Made by a program: the position numbers and the translations under genes. Shown here piece after piece: positions 9,747 to 19,300 of a stretch of 64,000 nucleotides of DNA (the stretch's first letter is position 1; each line of letters begins with the position of its first letter). This DNA comes from Nitrospirota bacterium (GTDB taxonomy: Bacteria; Nitrospirota; UBA9217): NCBI GenBank assembly GCA_963740085.1, contig CAVUCU010000001.1, forward strand, positions 1,056,001-1,120,000, written 5' to 3'. Under the pieces are notes generated by a model, which saw nothing but the letters and a program-made list of their open reading frames with translations, had not been told where the DNA came from and ran no database searches.

Positions 9747-10862
9747 TTACCGTGTCTTCACCGGTTCGTAGGTGCAGAATGGCTCGGCAGCGAGGTAGTC
9801 GCCGGATATGGCGAAGGCACGGGCCCTGCAGCCCCCGCAGACCCTGCGATATTCGCAGATGCCGCACTTGCCGTGGTAGTGGTCGAGATCGCGCATCTCT
9901 TTAAAGAGCTGCGAGTTGTTCCAAATTTTCGAAAAGGGCTCTTTCCTGATGTCGCCGGCTTCCTCTTCGAGGAAGCCGCAGATCTGGACCTTGCCCATAT
10001 GCGATACGAAAGCAAAACTCTGGCCGCCCATGCAGCCCTTCGTCATGGCATCGAAGCCATGGGACTCGGGCGTGACGATCTTGCCCTTTTCCTTCTCACC
10101 CTGCCGGAAGATACGGTAATAGTGCGGTGCGCAGGTGGGCTTGAACTGGATCGGCACTTTGTCCCGCATCTCGTAGAACCATTTGAGTGTGCTCTCGTAT
10201 TCTGCAGGCGGGATCTCCTGGTCGACGAGTTCCTTGCCGCGACCCGTGGGGACGAGCAGGAACGGATGATAGGCAACAGCGCCCAGTCCGATCACCATCT
10301 CAAGGAGCTTCGGCAGATCCTTCACATTATGCTTCGTGATCGTCGTGTTCACCTGAAATTCCATGCCGACCTTCTTAAAGTTCTCAATGGCCTTCATCAC
10401 GCCTTCGAAGGCGCCTTCAACGCGCCGGAAGGCATTATGGCTCTTTGCGTCCAGGCCGTCGATCGAGAGCGACACGCGCATGATGCCCGAATCCTTCATC
10501 TTCTGCGCCAGTTCCTCGGTCACGAGCAGGCCGCAGGGCGCCATGACCATGCGCAGACCGAGCTTCGTACCGTGCCTGGCGATGTCATAGATGTCGGGAC
10601 GCATCATCGGCTCGCCGCCGGTCAGGATGATGATCGGGTCACTGAAGGACTTGACGTCGTCCAGGAACCGATAGCACTCCTCCGTGTTCAGCTCGCCCGG
10701 GTACGGGCCGTACCGCGCCGCGGCGCGGCAGTGGACGCAGTTCAGGACGCAACTGCGGGTCACCTCCCAGGCGATCAGCCGGGGGAGGTATATCTTTTCT
10801 TTTCCTTCGCCCCCGGGATGGCCGTGGCCATGGGGCGCTTTCTCTGTATGGGGATGAGACAT
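9747..10862 (-). CDS. ahbD: Radical SAM/SPASM heme b synthase (AhbD/NirJ family)
   Basis: CxxxCxxC (CVLNCVHC), TGGEP, FKPTCAPHYYRI, SPASM CGICEYRRVCGGCRARA; AAGGAG RBS. Confidence 0.8.
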   Translation of the reverse strand: MSHPHTEKAPHGHGHPGGEGKEKIYLPRLIAWEVTRSCVLNCVHCRAAARYGPYPGELNTEECYRFLDDVKSFSDPIIILTGGEPMMRPDIYDIARHGTKLGLRMVMAPCGLLVTEELAQKMKDSGIMRVSLSIDGLDAKSHNAFRRVEGAFEGVMKAIENFKKVGMEFQVNTTITKHNVKDLPKLLEMVIGLGAVAYHPFLLVPTGRGKELVDQEIPPAEYESTLKWFYEMRDKVPIQFKPTCAPHYYRIFRQGEKEKGKIVTPESHGFDAMTKGCMGGQSFAFVSHMGKVQICGFLEEEAGDIRKEPFSKIWNNSQLFKEMRDLDHYHGKCGICEYRRVCGGCRARAFAISGDYLAAEPFCTYEPVKTR

Positions 10863-11125
10863 GTAGACTCCTTGCAAAGTAAGCCAACGTTCAAGATCCA
10901 AATATATTTGAATTTTCTCTGAACGCTGAACTTTGCCCTTTTGAATTGTTATTGCACTGACACTGTGTATATTAGCCAATCAGGAGGGAATAGTCAACTG
11001 CGTTAGAGAAACAATATCTCCCGCCCTGCGCCCGGCCGCGACCCACACGTGCGATGTCTGTCGTGCCGAAGGCGCGGCGGCTTTCCTCAACGGTCTGAAG
11101 GCCCAATACAGGTGCAGGTGCAGAT

Positions 11126-11490
11126 TCAGACACAGACCCGGTTCCTCCCCTGTTCTTTCGCCCTGTAAAGCGCCGAATCGGCACAACGGATGAGCCCTTC
11201 GCTCCAGGCCGCTCCGTACCGGTGGCAAGCAGGCAGAACTCCTCGCCTCCATACCTCACTATCAGGTCCGTCTCCCGGAGTCTTTCATTGATGAGCGTCG
11301 CCACGCCGGCAAGGACCGTGCCGCCCGCCTGGTGGCCGTACGTATCGTTTACCTTCTTGAAAAAGTCGATATCGATCATGAGGAGCGAGACCGGCGGACC
11401 ATAGCGGCACACACGCTTCACCTCCTGCCTCAGGCGCTCCATGAAGTAGCGTCGATTGTATATCTTCGTGAGCGGGTCGGCGATCGCGCT
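11126..11490 (-). pseudogene. Degraded GGDEF diguanylate cyclase
   Basis: DPLT..NRR...DIDFFKKVNDTYGH...RYGGEEF, then an internal deletion/frameshift near 11200 into LIRCADSALYRAKEQGRNRVCV*. Confidence 0.8.
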
Positions 11491-11703
11491 CGGCAACCAG
11501 GCGCATTCCGACTTTAAGAAGGATGGAAAGGTGTTCGGGTTCGATGCTCTGGATAGCACAGGTCATATTGAACGCACTACCGGTGAAACGCTCAATCCTC
11601 GACAAATCTAAGATCTCGCGGACAATGGGCAAAACGTTCCGTCATTTGAATTGAGCACGTATTGCGTGATTGCGGATCTGGTATTTCGAGCCGGGCATCT
11701 GCA

Positions 11704-12561
11704 TCATAGTGAGTTTATCCCCAGATATCTCCTCGGGTTGTCCGCCGCGAACTGGATTGCACGCTCCAGAGGCACTCCGAGCGCGACGAGGTTCTTCACC
11801 GCTTCCGCAAGCGCAATACCGCTCCCCATGAGAACGCCGCCCACGCCCCTGACAGGGCCGCTTCCCCAGTTCGGCCCTTTGACCGAATCCGAGACGACGA
11901 TGATCTTGTCGGGCGATTTCATATCGAAAAGCATTTTGAGGCTCTGCGGGTGCAGGTGTGCCATGTCCGCGATGACCTCAACGTAGACGTCCTCATCCAT
12001 GAGCCCGAACCCGGCAAGCCCGGGCTCGCGGTGGTGAAATCCGCGCATGGAGTTGAATACATGGGTGATGCCGGTGGCGCCGGCGCGCTTGCCCTCCTCG
12101 GCCTGTTCGAACGATGCATCGCTGTGGCCCATGTGCACGAGAAAACCCTTTTCGCGGCAAAGCTCGATCACGCGGAGGGCGCCCGGCAGTTCCGGGGCAA
12201 TAGTAATGATCTTGATGAGATTCTCGAAATCCTCAACGAGCTGAGACAGCATTTCCACCGAGGGATCAACGAAGCTCTTCCCGTCGAGCGAACCCGCCCG
12301 CTCGGGATTGAGAAATGGCCCTTCGACGTGTACGCCGAGGATCCTCGCGCCATCGCGCTGCGCGTCCCTGGCGTGCTGCACTGCGGCCATGTTCTCACGC
12401 ATGGTCTCGATGGAACCGGGATAGATGGTGGGAAGGACCGCCGACGTTCCCCGATCACCGTGAATGCCGGCCATATGGAGAATATCGTCCTGCCGCCGCG
12501 TGCGGGTGTCGTAATCACCCGCGCCGTGTACATGGATGTCGATCAGGTATGGTTTGTTCAT
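11704..12561 (-). CDS. nagA: N-acetylglucosamine-6-phosphate deacetylase (short form)
   Basis: DIHVHG, HVEGPF, TIAPE, GHSDA, THVFN, VSDS. Confidence 0.8.
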   Translation of the reverse strand: MNKPYLIDIHVHGAGDYDTRTRRQDDILHMAGIHGDRGTSAVLPTIYPGSIETMRENMAAVQHARDAQRDGARILGVHVEGPFLNPERAGSLDGKSFVDPSVEMLSQLVEDFENLIKIITIAPELPGALRVIELCREKGFLVHMGHSDASFEQAEEGKRAGATGITHVFNSMRGFHHREPGLAGFGLMDEDVYVEVIADMAHLHPQSLKMLFDMKSPDKIIVVSDSVKGPNWGSGPVRGVGGVLMGSGIALAEAVKNLVALGVPLERAIQFAADNPRRYLGINSL

Positions 12562-12592
12562 GACTGAATAGGCCAAGTGTACCTCAAGTGAT

Positions 12593-12667
12593 AATGCAAA
12601 ATGCAAAAGGTAAAAGGCAAAAAGCAAAAACCGGCATCTTCATTTTGAACTTTGCACTTTGAATTTT
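12593..12667. repeat. Heptamer tandem repeats arranged as inverted arms
   Basis: AATGCAA AATGCAA AAGGTAA AAGGCAA ... TTTTGAA CTTTGCA CTTTGAA. Confidence 0.7.
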
Positions 12668-12676
12668 ACCCTGCTT

Positions 12677-12919
12677 CTACGTGATCTTCCCGCGCCGCGA
12701 GAAAAACTCGCTCAGGGCGAGCCGCACCACAGCCCCGCGGTCCCAGGGTTGTTTCAGCTCTTTCGTGAGCTCTGCGGCCACCTCATCCAGCGCCGGAATG
12801 TGTTCATCCTCAAGCTGGATCGTCACGTCGACCAGACCGTGTTCGTGCTCCTCGTGGTCGGCATGACCGTGTCCGCTCTGTGCATCGTGTTCGTGCGTAT
12901 GATCGTGTTTAGGGTCCAT
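12677..12919 (-). CDS. His-rich ribbon-helix-helix (CopG-like) protein
   Basis: N-terminal HDHTHEH...GHGHADHEEHEH, then VTIQL strand and two helices (RGAVVRLALSEF); GGAGAGG RBS. Confidence 0.65.
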   Translation of the reverse strand: MDPKHDHTHEHDAQSGHGHADHEEHEHGLVDVTIQLEDEHIPALDEVAAELTKELKQPWDRGAVVRLALSEFFSRRGKIT

Positions 12920-12940
12920 AATAAACCTCTCCAAACTGAC

Positions 12941-13867
12941 CTAATAAAGCAACTTCATCATCACCGGCATCGTGAAGAACAATGCAACCGTGGAAACCGT
13001 AATACACGCCGCTGAAAGCGGCACATCAAGGTCGAACTCGTCGGCGATCACGAGTGAAAGCACCATCACCGGCATCGCGCCCTCAATCGTGGTCGCTTTG
13101 AGTACGTCGGCACTTATCCCGAGCCGCGAGCCGATCCACCAGGCCAGGACCGGGGCAAGCATTAATTTGATCGCGAGCGCCGGCACCGCGATCGAAAGCC
13201 GTTTTACGTCGCGGAAATCGAGTGCCAGGCCCACGGTAAAGATCATGATCGGGACCACCGCCTTGCCCATGAGCCCGACGGCATCCAGCACCGGCAGCGG
13301 CACCGCAATCCCGAAAAGACGGACAGCAATGCCGGCAGCCACTCCCCAGAGCGGCGGAAGCAAGAACACGCGTTTGAGCGACGCGCCGACCGAAACGGAC
13401 TTTCCGCTCCCATACCGGGCGGCGATGAAGACCCCGATCGTCAGCAGGATCGGTGTTGACGCGAGCAGGTCGTAGAGGACCGCCACATATCCGTATTGCG
13501 CGCCGAGCATCTCGGTGATGACCGGGAGCCCCAGATACATCACGTTGCCGAAGGCGCTGGATATGATCATGGCCCCGAAAGCGGGCCGCGGTATGTCGCT
13601 GAACCACGGCAGAAGCCGATAGGCCGCAAATCCGGCCCCGATGGACGCAATGACGACGACAGCCGCCGTCAGCGGTATGGAAATCAGACTCCGATCGACA
13701 GGGGCGCTCGACATCAAGCCGAAGGCCAGCGGAGGTATAAAGAAATTGAACACCGCCACGCTCAGCGCGTGACGCACCCGGTTTCGGTCAAGCCCTCCGG
13801 GGTTGAAGAACCTCCATGCGTATCCCGCCGCGATGATAAGTCCGAATGAGTACAGGACCTTGTTGAT
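12941..13867 (-). CDS. AEC (auxin efflux carrier) family transporter; probable ATC start
   Basis: FGNVMYLGLP, IKLMLAP, EGAMP motifs; frame open upstream of 13777 to an ATC at 13867 behind AAGGAG. Confidence 0.85.
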   Translation of the reverse strand: MNKVLYSFGLIIAAGYAWRFFNPGGLDRNRVRHALSVAVFNFFIPPLAFGLMSSAPVDRSLISIPLTAAVVVIASIGAGFAAYRLLPWFSDIPRPAFGAMIISSAFGNVMYLGLPVITEMLGAQYGYVAVLYDLLASTPILLTIGVFIAARYGSGKSVSVGASLKRVFLLPPLWGVAAGIAVRLFGIAVPLPVLDAVGLMGKAVVPIMIFTVGLALDFRDVKRLSIAVPALAIKLMLAPVLAWWIGSRLGISADVLKATTIEGAMPVMVLSLVIADEFDLDVPLSAACITVSTVALFFTMPVMMKLLY

Positions 13868-14009
13868 ACCGGCTCCTTATTGTTCATTATAGCAAGTCTT
13901 TACCGTGTCCGGGGAAATCACCGGAAACAACAGGAATATTTTACCTGCTTTTAAAAAAAGATACCAGTAAATGTTTTGTCTTCGGACTCCCTGAACCGTA
14001 CAGATGCCT

Positions 14010-14039
14010 TTGACAATCGTTCTCCTCTTGGCCTATAAT
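14010..14039 (+). promoter_or_regulatory. Consensus sigma70 promoter
   Basis: TTGACA-18 nt-TATAAT. Confidence 0.75.
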
Positions 14040-14100
14040 GCCGGCATTGTGGAGGACCCATGGTCCCAGGGCATACAATTCAGGGTACGGAGGTCAACAA

Positions 14101-14346
14101 ATGTCTCAGATATGGATCGCAATAATCGCGGTGCTCATCATGGCAGGAGGATTGGGGGGCATCTATTATCTCATCATAAAACAGAACGCGGTGCTCGGGG
14201 CAAAGACCCTTCAGCTCGTTTCGATCGTGCTCGTGCTGCCCCTGATGCTTGCGCTCGGTGTAATGAACATTCTCCACAGTGAGACAATCGGCCCGCTAAT
14301 CGGCGTCATTATCGGATACGTGTTGTCCGGGTCGTATAAAGAGTAG
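14101..14346 (+). CDS. Small 3-TM membrane protein, unknown function
   Basis: GGAGG RBS, promoter upstream, three hydrophobic segments. Confidence 0.7.
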   Translation: MSQIWIAIIAVLIMAGGLGGIYYLIIKQNAVLGAKTLQLVSIVLVLPLMLALGVMNILHSETIGPLIGVIIGYVLSGSYKE

Positions 14347-14401
14347 GCGCTCACCAACGCATTTACAGCAAAAGCTTGTCGGCTTCCCGGTGAAGATTTC
14401 A

Positions 14402-15667
14402 TCACTGTTTCTCCATCCGGTCCTTCGGCAGGAACGGTATCGTCAGCATGCCGGGGACCGTCATCACGCACACGATAATGAAGAACGTCGTATATCCCAC
14501 GGACTGCTGCAGCCAGCCGCTCACGAACCCCGGCAGCATCATGCCGAGGGCCATGATGCCCGTGGATATGGCGTAGTGCGACGTCTTGTATCTTCCCTGC
14601 GCCGAGTACATGAGATAGACCGTGAACACCGTGAAACCCAGGCCATAGCCGAATTGCTCCAGCGCCACGAGCGGATAGACGAGACCGATGCCGGGCTGCG
14701 CATAGGCCATGTACACGAAGAACAGGTCCGGCAGATGCATGGTGATCACCATGGGCCAGACGCAGCGCTTGAACCCGAACCGTGAGATGAGCCAGCCTCC
14801 TAGTATCCCGCCGGTGACAAGGCACAGAACACCCACGGTGCCGTAGACAAGGCCGACCTCCTTGGTCGTGAGCCCGAGCCCGCCGACGTTTGACGTGTCC
14901 AGCAGGAATGGAGAAACCAGCTTCAGCAGCATGGCCTCGCCCAAACGGAAGAACAGGATGAACGCCAGCATGACGCCGATCTTCTCCTGCCGGAAATAAG
15001 CTCCAAATACCTCTCTGAATGACGCCTTCTGTTTCTTTTCTTTCCCCGAATGTCCGCCGTCAGCTACGGGGAACGGCAGCATAAATTTGTGATATACCGC
15101 CGCCCCTGCGAAGATCAACCCGGAAGCGACCATGACCGTTGACCAGCTGCGGGATATATCTCCGGTCGATGTTTCGAGCATGCCGGCGATATACACCAGA
15201 AATCCCGTGCCAAAGATCATCGCCAGCCGGTAAAATCCCGCGCGCAGTCCCACGAACAACGCCTGCTCCTTTTCCGTGAGCGCGAGCATGTAGAAACCGT
15301 CCGTGGCAATGTCATAGGTCGCAGAGATAAATGCGCCTGCGCCGAACGCGGCCAGGGACAGGAAAAAGAACGACTCGGTCCTGAGCGAGAAAGCGATGAC
15401 GAACAGGGAGATGCTCATTGCGGCCTGGGTGCCGAGGACCCACTTCCGCTTCGTTGAATACACATCAACGGCCGGTCCCCAGAACATCTTGATGACCCAG
15501 GGAAGATAGAGCCAGCTCGTCCAGAAGGCGATGGCCGCATTGTCAATGCCCATGCGCTTGTACAGGATGACCGAGACCGTATTGATCAGCACGTAGGGCA
15601 GACCTTCGGCAAAATAGAGCGTGGGAAGAAAGGACCAGGGGTTGCGGGCAACGGGTTGCTTTGTCAT
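14402..15667 (-). CDS. ampG: AmpG-like MFS muropeptide transporter
   Basis: LYFAEGLPY, LPWVIKMFWGP, SATYDIATDGFY, 12 TM. Confidence 0.75.
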   Translation of the reverse strand: MTKQPVARNPWSFLPTLYFAEGLPYVLINTVSVILYKRMGIDNAAIAFWTSWLYLPWVIKMFWGPAVDVYSTKRKWVLGTQAAMSISLFVIAFSLRTESFFFLSLAAFGAGAFISATYDIATDGFYMLALTEKEQALFVGLRAGFYRLAMIFGTGFLVYIAGMLETSTGDISRSWSTVMVASGLIFAGAAVYHKFMLPFPVADGGHSGKEKKQKASFREVFGAYFRQEKIGVMLAFILFFRLGEAMLLKLVSPFLLDTSNVGGLGLTTKEVGLVYGTVGVLCLVTGGILGGWLISRFGFKRCVWPMVITMHLPDLFFVYMAYAQPGIGLVYPLVALEQFGYGLGFTVFTVYLMYSAQGRYKTSHYAISTGIMALGMMLPGFVSGWLQQSVGYTTFFIIVCVMTVPGMLTIPFLPKDRMEKQ

Positions 15668-15706
15668 GGGCAAAAGGGTAGCAGATTGATGGAGAAACAT
15701 CCAGAG

Positions 15707-15739
15707 AAAAAAAGCCCTCTCCATAAAGAAGAGAGGGCT
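15707..15739 (-). terminator. Rho-independent terminator
   Basis: AGCCCTCTC/GAGAGGGCT stem with T7 on the minus strand. Confidence 0.7.
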
Positions 15740-15782
15740 CTGCGCACACAACCACCCTTCAATGGAAAACAAAGGGGGTGCT

Positions 15783-15899
15783 TTATTGCGGGTTATTTTT
15801 ATTGTTGAATCTGATAACGGCTTCCTTCGCCTCCGGCGAGTCCATTTTGTTCAACACTCGCGCAGCATCGAGACGGACCACCTCATCCTCATCCGTCTC
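15783..15899 (-). pseudogene. C-terminal remnant of a HEAT-repeat protein
   Basis: Translates ETDEDEVVRLDAARVLNKMDSPEAKEAVIRFNNKNNPQ*, with no N-terminus. Confidence 0.5.
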
Positions 15900-15921
15900 T
15901 CTTCCACCCGGTTTCGCGCGC

Positions 15922-16329
15922 TTACTTTTTCTCCGCCCTGACAAGATCAAGGGTCTTTTTCGCGTCGGGAATCAGAGCGCTGTCGGGATACTGCGTCAGG
16001 AACTTTTCCAGCCCCGTGATGGCGGCGGCCTGCTCACCCCTGGCAGCGAGGCCGAGGGAAGTCTTGAAATCCGTCATTTCTTCTTCCGATACCGGCTCGT
16101 CACTCTTCTCCCCTTTCCAGTAAAGCCTTACCGATGCTTCTTCCTTTGTCCCCCGTCTCTCCTCGCTGCGGCCGCTCAGGGGCACGATCTTCTTCGTCAC
16201 AATTTTGTCGATCTTCTTCCGGACCACCGTAAGCCAGTCCGTAAGAGATGAGCCCTTCTGTTCCTGGGCCGGAACCGCAGTGCAGCAGAGACCTGTTATG
16301 ACGATAAACGCAAACAGTTTATTGAACAT
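15922..16329 (-). CDS. Exported protein with C-terminal TPR-like hairpin
   Basis: Signal peptide; AAITGLEKFLTQYPDSALIPDA. Confidence 0.75.
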   Translation of the reverse strand: MFNKLFAFIVITGLCCTAVPAQEQKGSSLTDWLTVVRKKIDKIVTKKIVPLSGRSEERRGTKEEASVRLYWKGEKSDEPVSEEEMTDFKTSLGLAARGEQAAAITGLEKFLTQYPDSALIPDAKKTLDLVRAEKK

Positions 16330-16332
16330 AGA

Positions 16333-19300
16333 TCACTTCACTCCCAGCCTCTCAGCAAGATCCGCATACCGCCGAATCACCCGCGGGTCGATCCCGGCCG
16401 CATCCAGGAACAATTTCTTTGCTTCCTCTTTTTTGCCTGCCTGCAGCGAAACACGGGCCAGGTTCACCATGACACCCGGTTCTCCGGGCGATGACCTGAG
16501 TGCCGCCTCGTAGGCCAGGCGCGCATCGCCAAGCCTGCCCTGCAGGTAGTTGATATTCCCGATATTGTTGAGCGCCAGGGCATTGGTCTTGTCCAATGCC
16601 AGCATCTTCTGGAACTGCTCAAGCGCCTCGGAAAAGAGACCGTCCTCTCCATAGAGAATTCCGAGCTGCCCCAGCATCGTGAGATCAGCCGGTGCCCTCT
16701 TGAGCGCGTCACGATACGCGGCGGACAGGAAAGCGAGGCGCCGGCTCGCAAGCGTTTCGAGTTCGTCCTTGAAGGTCGCTTCGATCTCGTTTCGCTTGAC
16801 CTTCACTCTCATCCCGGACCTGGGAAGCGTGACGGGCTTGAACTCATCCCAGCTCTTCTGAACATTGATGACGTTCACCTTGTTCCTGGCAGCCCAGTCG
16901 CGGTACTCCTCAGCGCCCTTTTGCCAGGCGCGGGTAAAGGACGTTCCCACCATGGTCATCTCCACCGGTATCCAGACCGTGCCGTGATAGGGCACAATGA
17001 GATCGTTCGGAATGCCGAGAGTAATCCTGTCCGGCACTTCGATCCCCGTGTTGAACAGGACGAACATATGGCCCGGCACGTTCACCAGCGCCGAGTCTAT
17101 CCCGATGTTCTCCATGCAGGCGGCGAAGAGGATCGATAACTCGTCACTGTCCCCGCTCTTTTTCATGAGAGTATCTCGTGGATACTGGAGATAAGTAACT
17201 TCGGCGGTGTTTGTGGAAAAATCCTTAAACGGGCTCGCGGGATTCACGATATACTTGAGCCCAAGAACGCCGAAGGCGTCGTAGATGCCCCTGGCATACA
17301 CGAGGATCTGCGGCAGATTGGGATGGGCGTCGGCGTACTGCTGGACAATCTGTCTGCTGAGGTCCGACACAACCGCGTCCGTGTGCGTTACGAAAGCGCC
17401 GAGCTTTGCCTTGTTGTCCCACCTCATGGCATGCCGCTCATAGAGTGTGAGCGGGAAACTCCGTGTCACGGTCCTCGGTTCACCCGCTGCAAAGAACGTG
17501 ACCGCGATCTCGCACGTGAGCTGCATATTCTCGGTGACCCCGAGGATTTTGCTGTTGAACAGGGGTTTGAGCGGGACTTCGACCTGTTGCTTTGCTGCGA
17601 TCTCAGGGACCTCGGTCTCGATCGGATAATCCATGAAATCCCTGGTCGAGAACCTCACCTTGACCTTCCGGTACGGAATATCAGTGGTATTCGCAATGAC
17701 GACCTTGCCGAGGGGATGGGAGGCATAAGTCTTATACGCAGACACGAAGACCTCGCCGGTCTCCACCCTGGCGATCTCGATGGGTTGAGCCGTCAGAGAC
17801 GCCCTGGGCATTGAGGCGACGACGACTTCACCCGGTTCACTCTCTTCTCCCTCGCTGCCCACGGCCGTTATCTGATAGTAATAGAGGGTGTCGTTTGCAA
17901 CCGGGCCGTCATCAAAGATCGTTTTTTCCGTTTTTGCCAGGAGCACATAGCCCGTTGATGCCTTTCTGGAACGGTACACCCGATAGTGTGTAACAAAGGA
18001 CTCAAGATTCGGCAGCCACGAGATCGTGATCTGCTTCCCCCAGGCGTCGCCCCTCACCCGCTTCGGCATAGCGGGGACCAGCTTCGGCGTGACCGCGGAA
18101 ACAGCGCCCGACAGTGCGCTTTCATTCCCCTCCCGGGCCTGGCTGCTCACGCGGTAGAGGAAGGTCCTGTTGCTCGGCAGGTTTTTGTCCAGATAGGACG
18201 TGGTGGTAGACGTGCCGATGAGCCTGAAGGCGTCCGTTGGTGAATCAGCCCGATAGATCTTATACTGATCCAGGTAGGTTTCGGTATTTGCCTTCCAACT
18301 CACCTGAACTTCATTTATTGTGGCCTGTGCCGTGACGTCCTTCGGCAATGCAGGCGTGTGTTTGAGGAGAAAGACCTGCACCCTTTTGTTTCCGCGGTCG
18401 CCAACATATAATCGAAGACCCTCTTCCAGTGCAAACCCCTGGGGCCGTCGGAACTGGCCGGCGTCGGAGCCTTCGCTTCCGAACTTTCTCAGGAATTTTC
18501 CGTTGGAGTCAAAAACCTGAACCCGTGAGTTCCCGGCATCGAGCACATACACCTCATTGTCCGGTGATACGACGATATTCTCCGGTTCCCGGAATTCACC
18601 TTCTTCTTTTCCGGTCTTCCCCGTTTCCCAGATAAGCCCCCCGTTGCTGTCGTATTTCGCGATCCGGTCATTCCCCCGGTCAGCAACGTACAGGTTCTCG
18701 AACGCGTCCGCCGCGATGTCGACGACCTCTCCGAACTGCCCGGATAATTTTCCCGCCTTCCCAAAAGCGCCGAGGAACATCCCCTTGGAGCTGAAAACCT
18801 GCACCCGCCTGTTCCCCGTATCGGCAACAGAGATGTTGCCCTTGGGACCCACGGCAACTCCCGAAGGTGAGCGGAACTCGCCTTCTCCGCTGCCGGATTT
18901 CCCGAACACCTGCAGAAGATTTCCTTCCCTGCTGAATTTCTCGAGCCGGTCATTGCCGGTATCGGCGACCCAGAAGTTTCCAAGGCCGTCCACGGCCAGG
19001 CCCCTCGAGTTCTTGAAAAATCCAGGGCGGCTCCCGCGCGAGCCGATGACGCGGTGGCTGCCTGAATCGCCGAGGACCATGAGAGAATCTCCCGAGATGC
19101 CCCAGGCGTTCTTATTGATCGAGAGAGCGGCCACCTCGCCCCGCATCTCCTTATAAAACTCCACGCCCGGCAAGGGAGACAATTTCGTGAGCGGAGGCGC
19201 ATCCCCGACTTCCGTTGAAAATACCTGGATCGTGTTCCTGGCCGCGTCAAGGACCCAGATATTGTTCTCTGAATCAGAGATCAGGCCCGTTAACTCGCGG

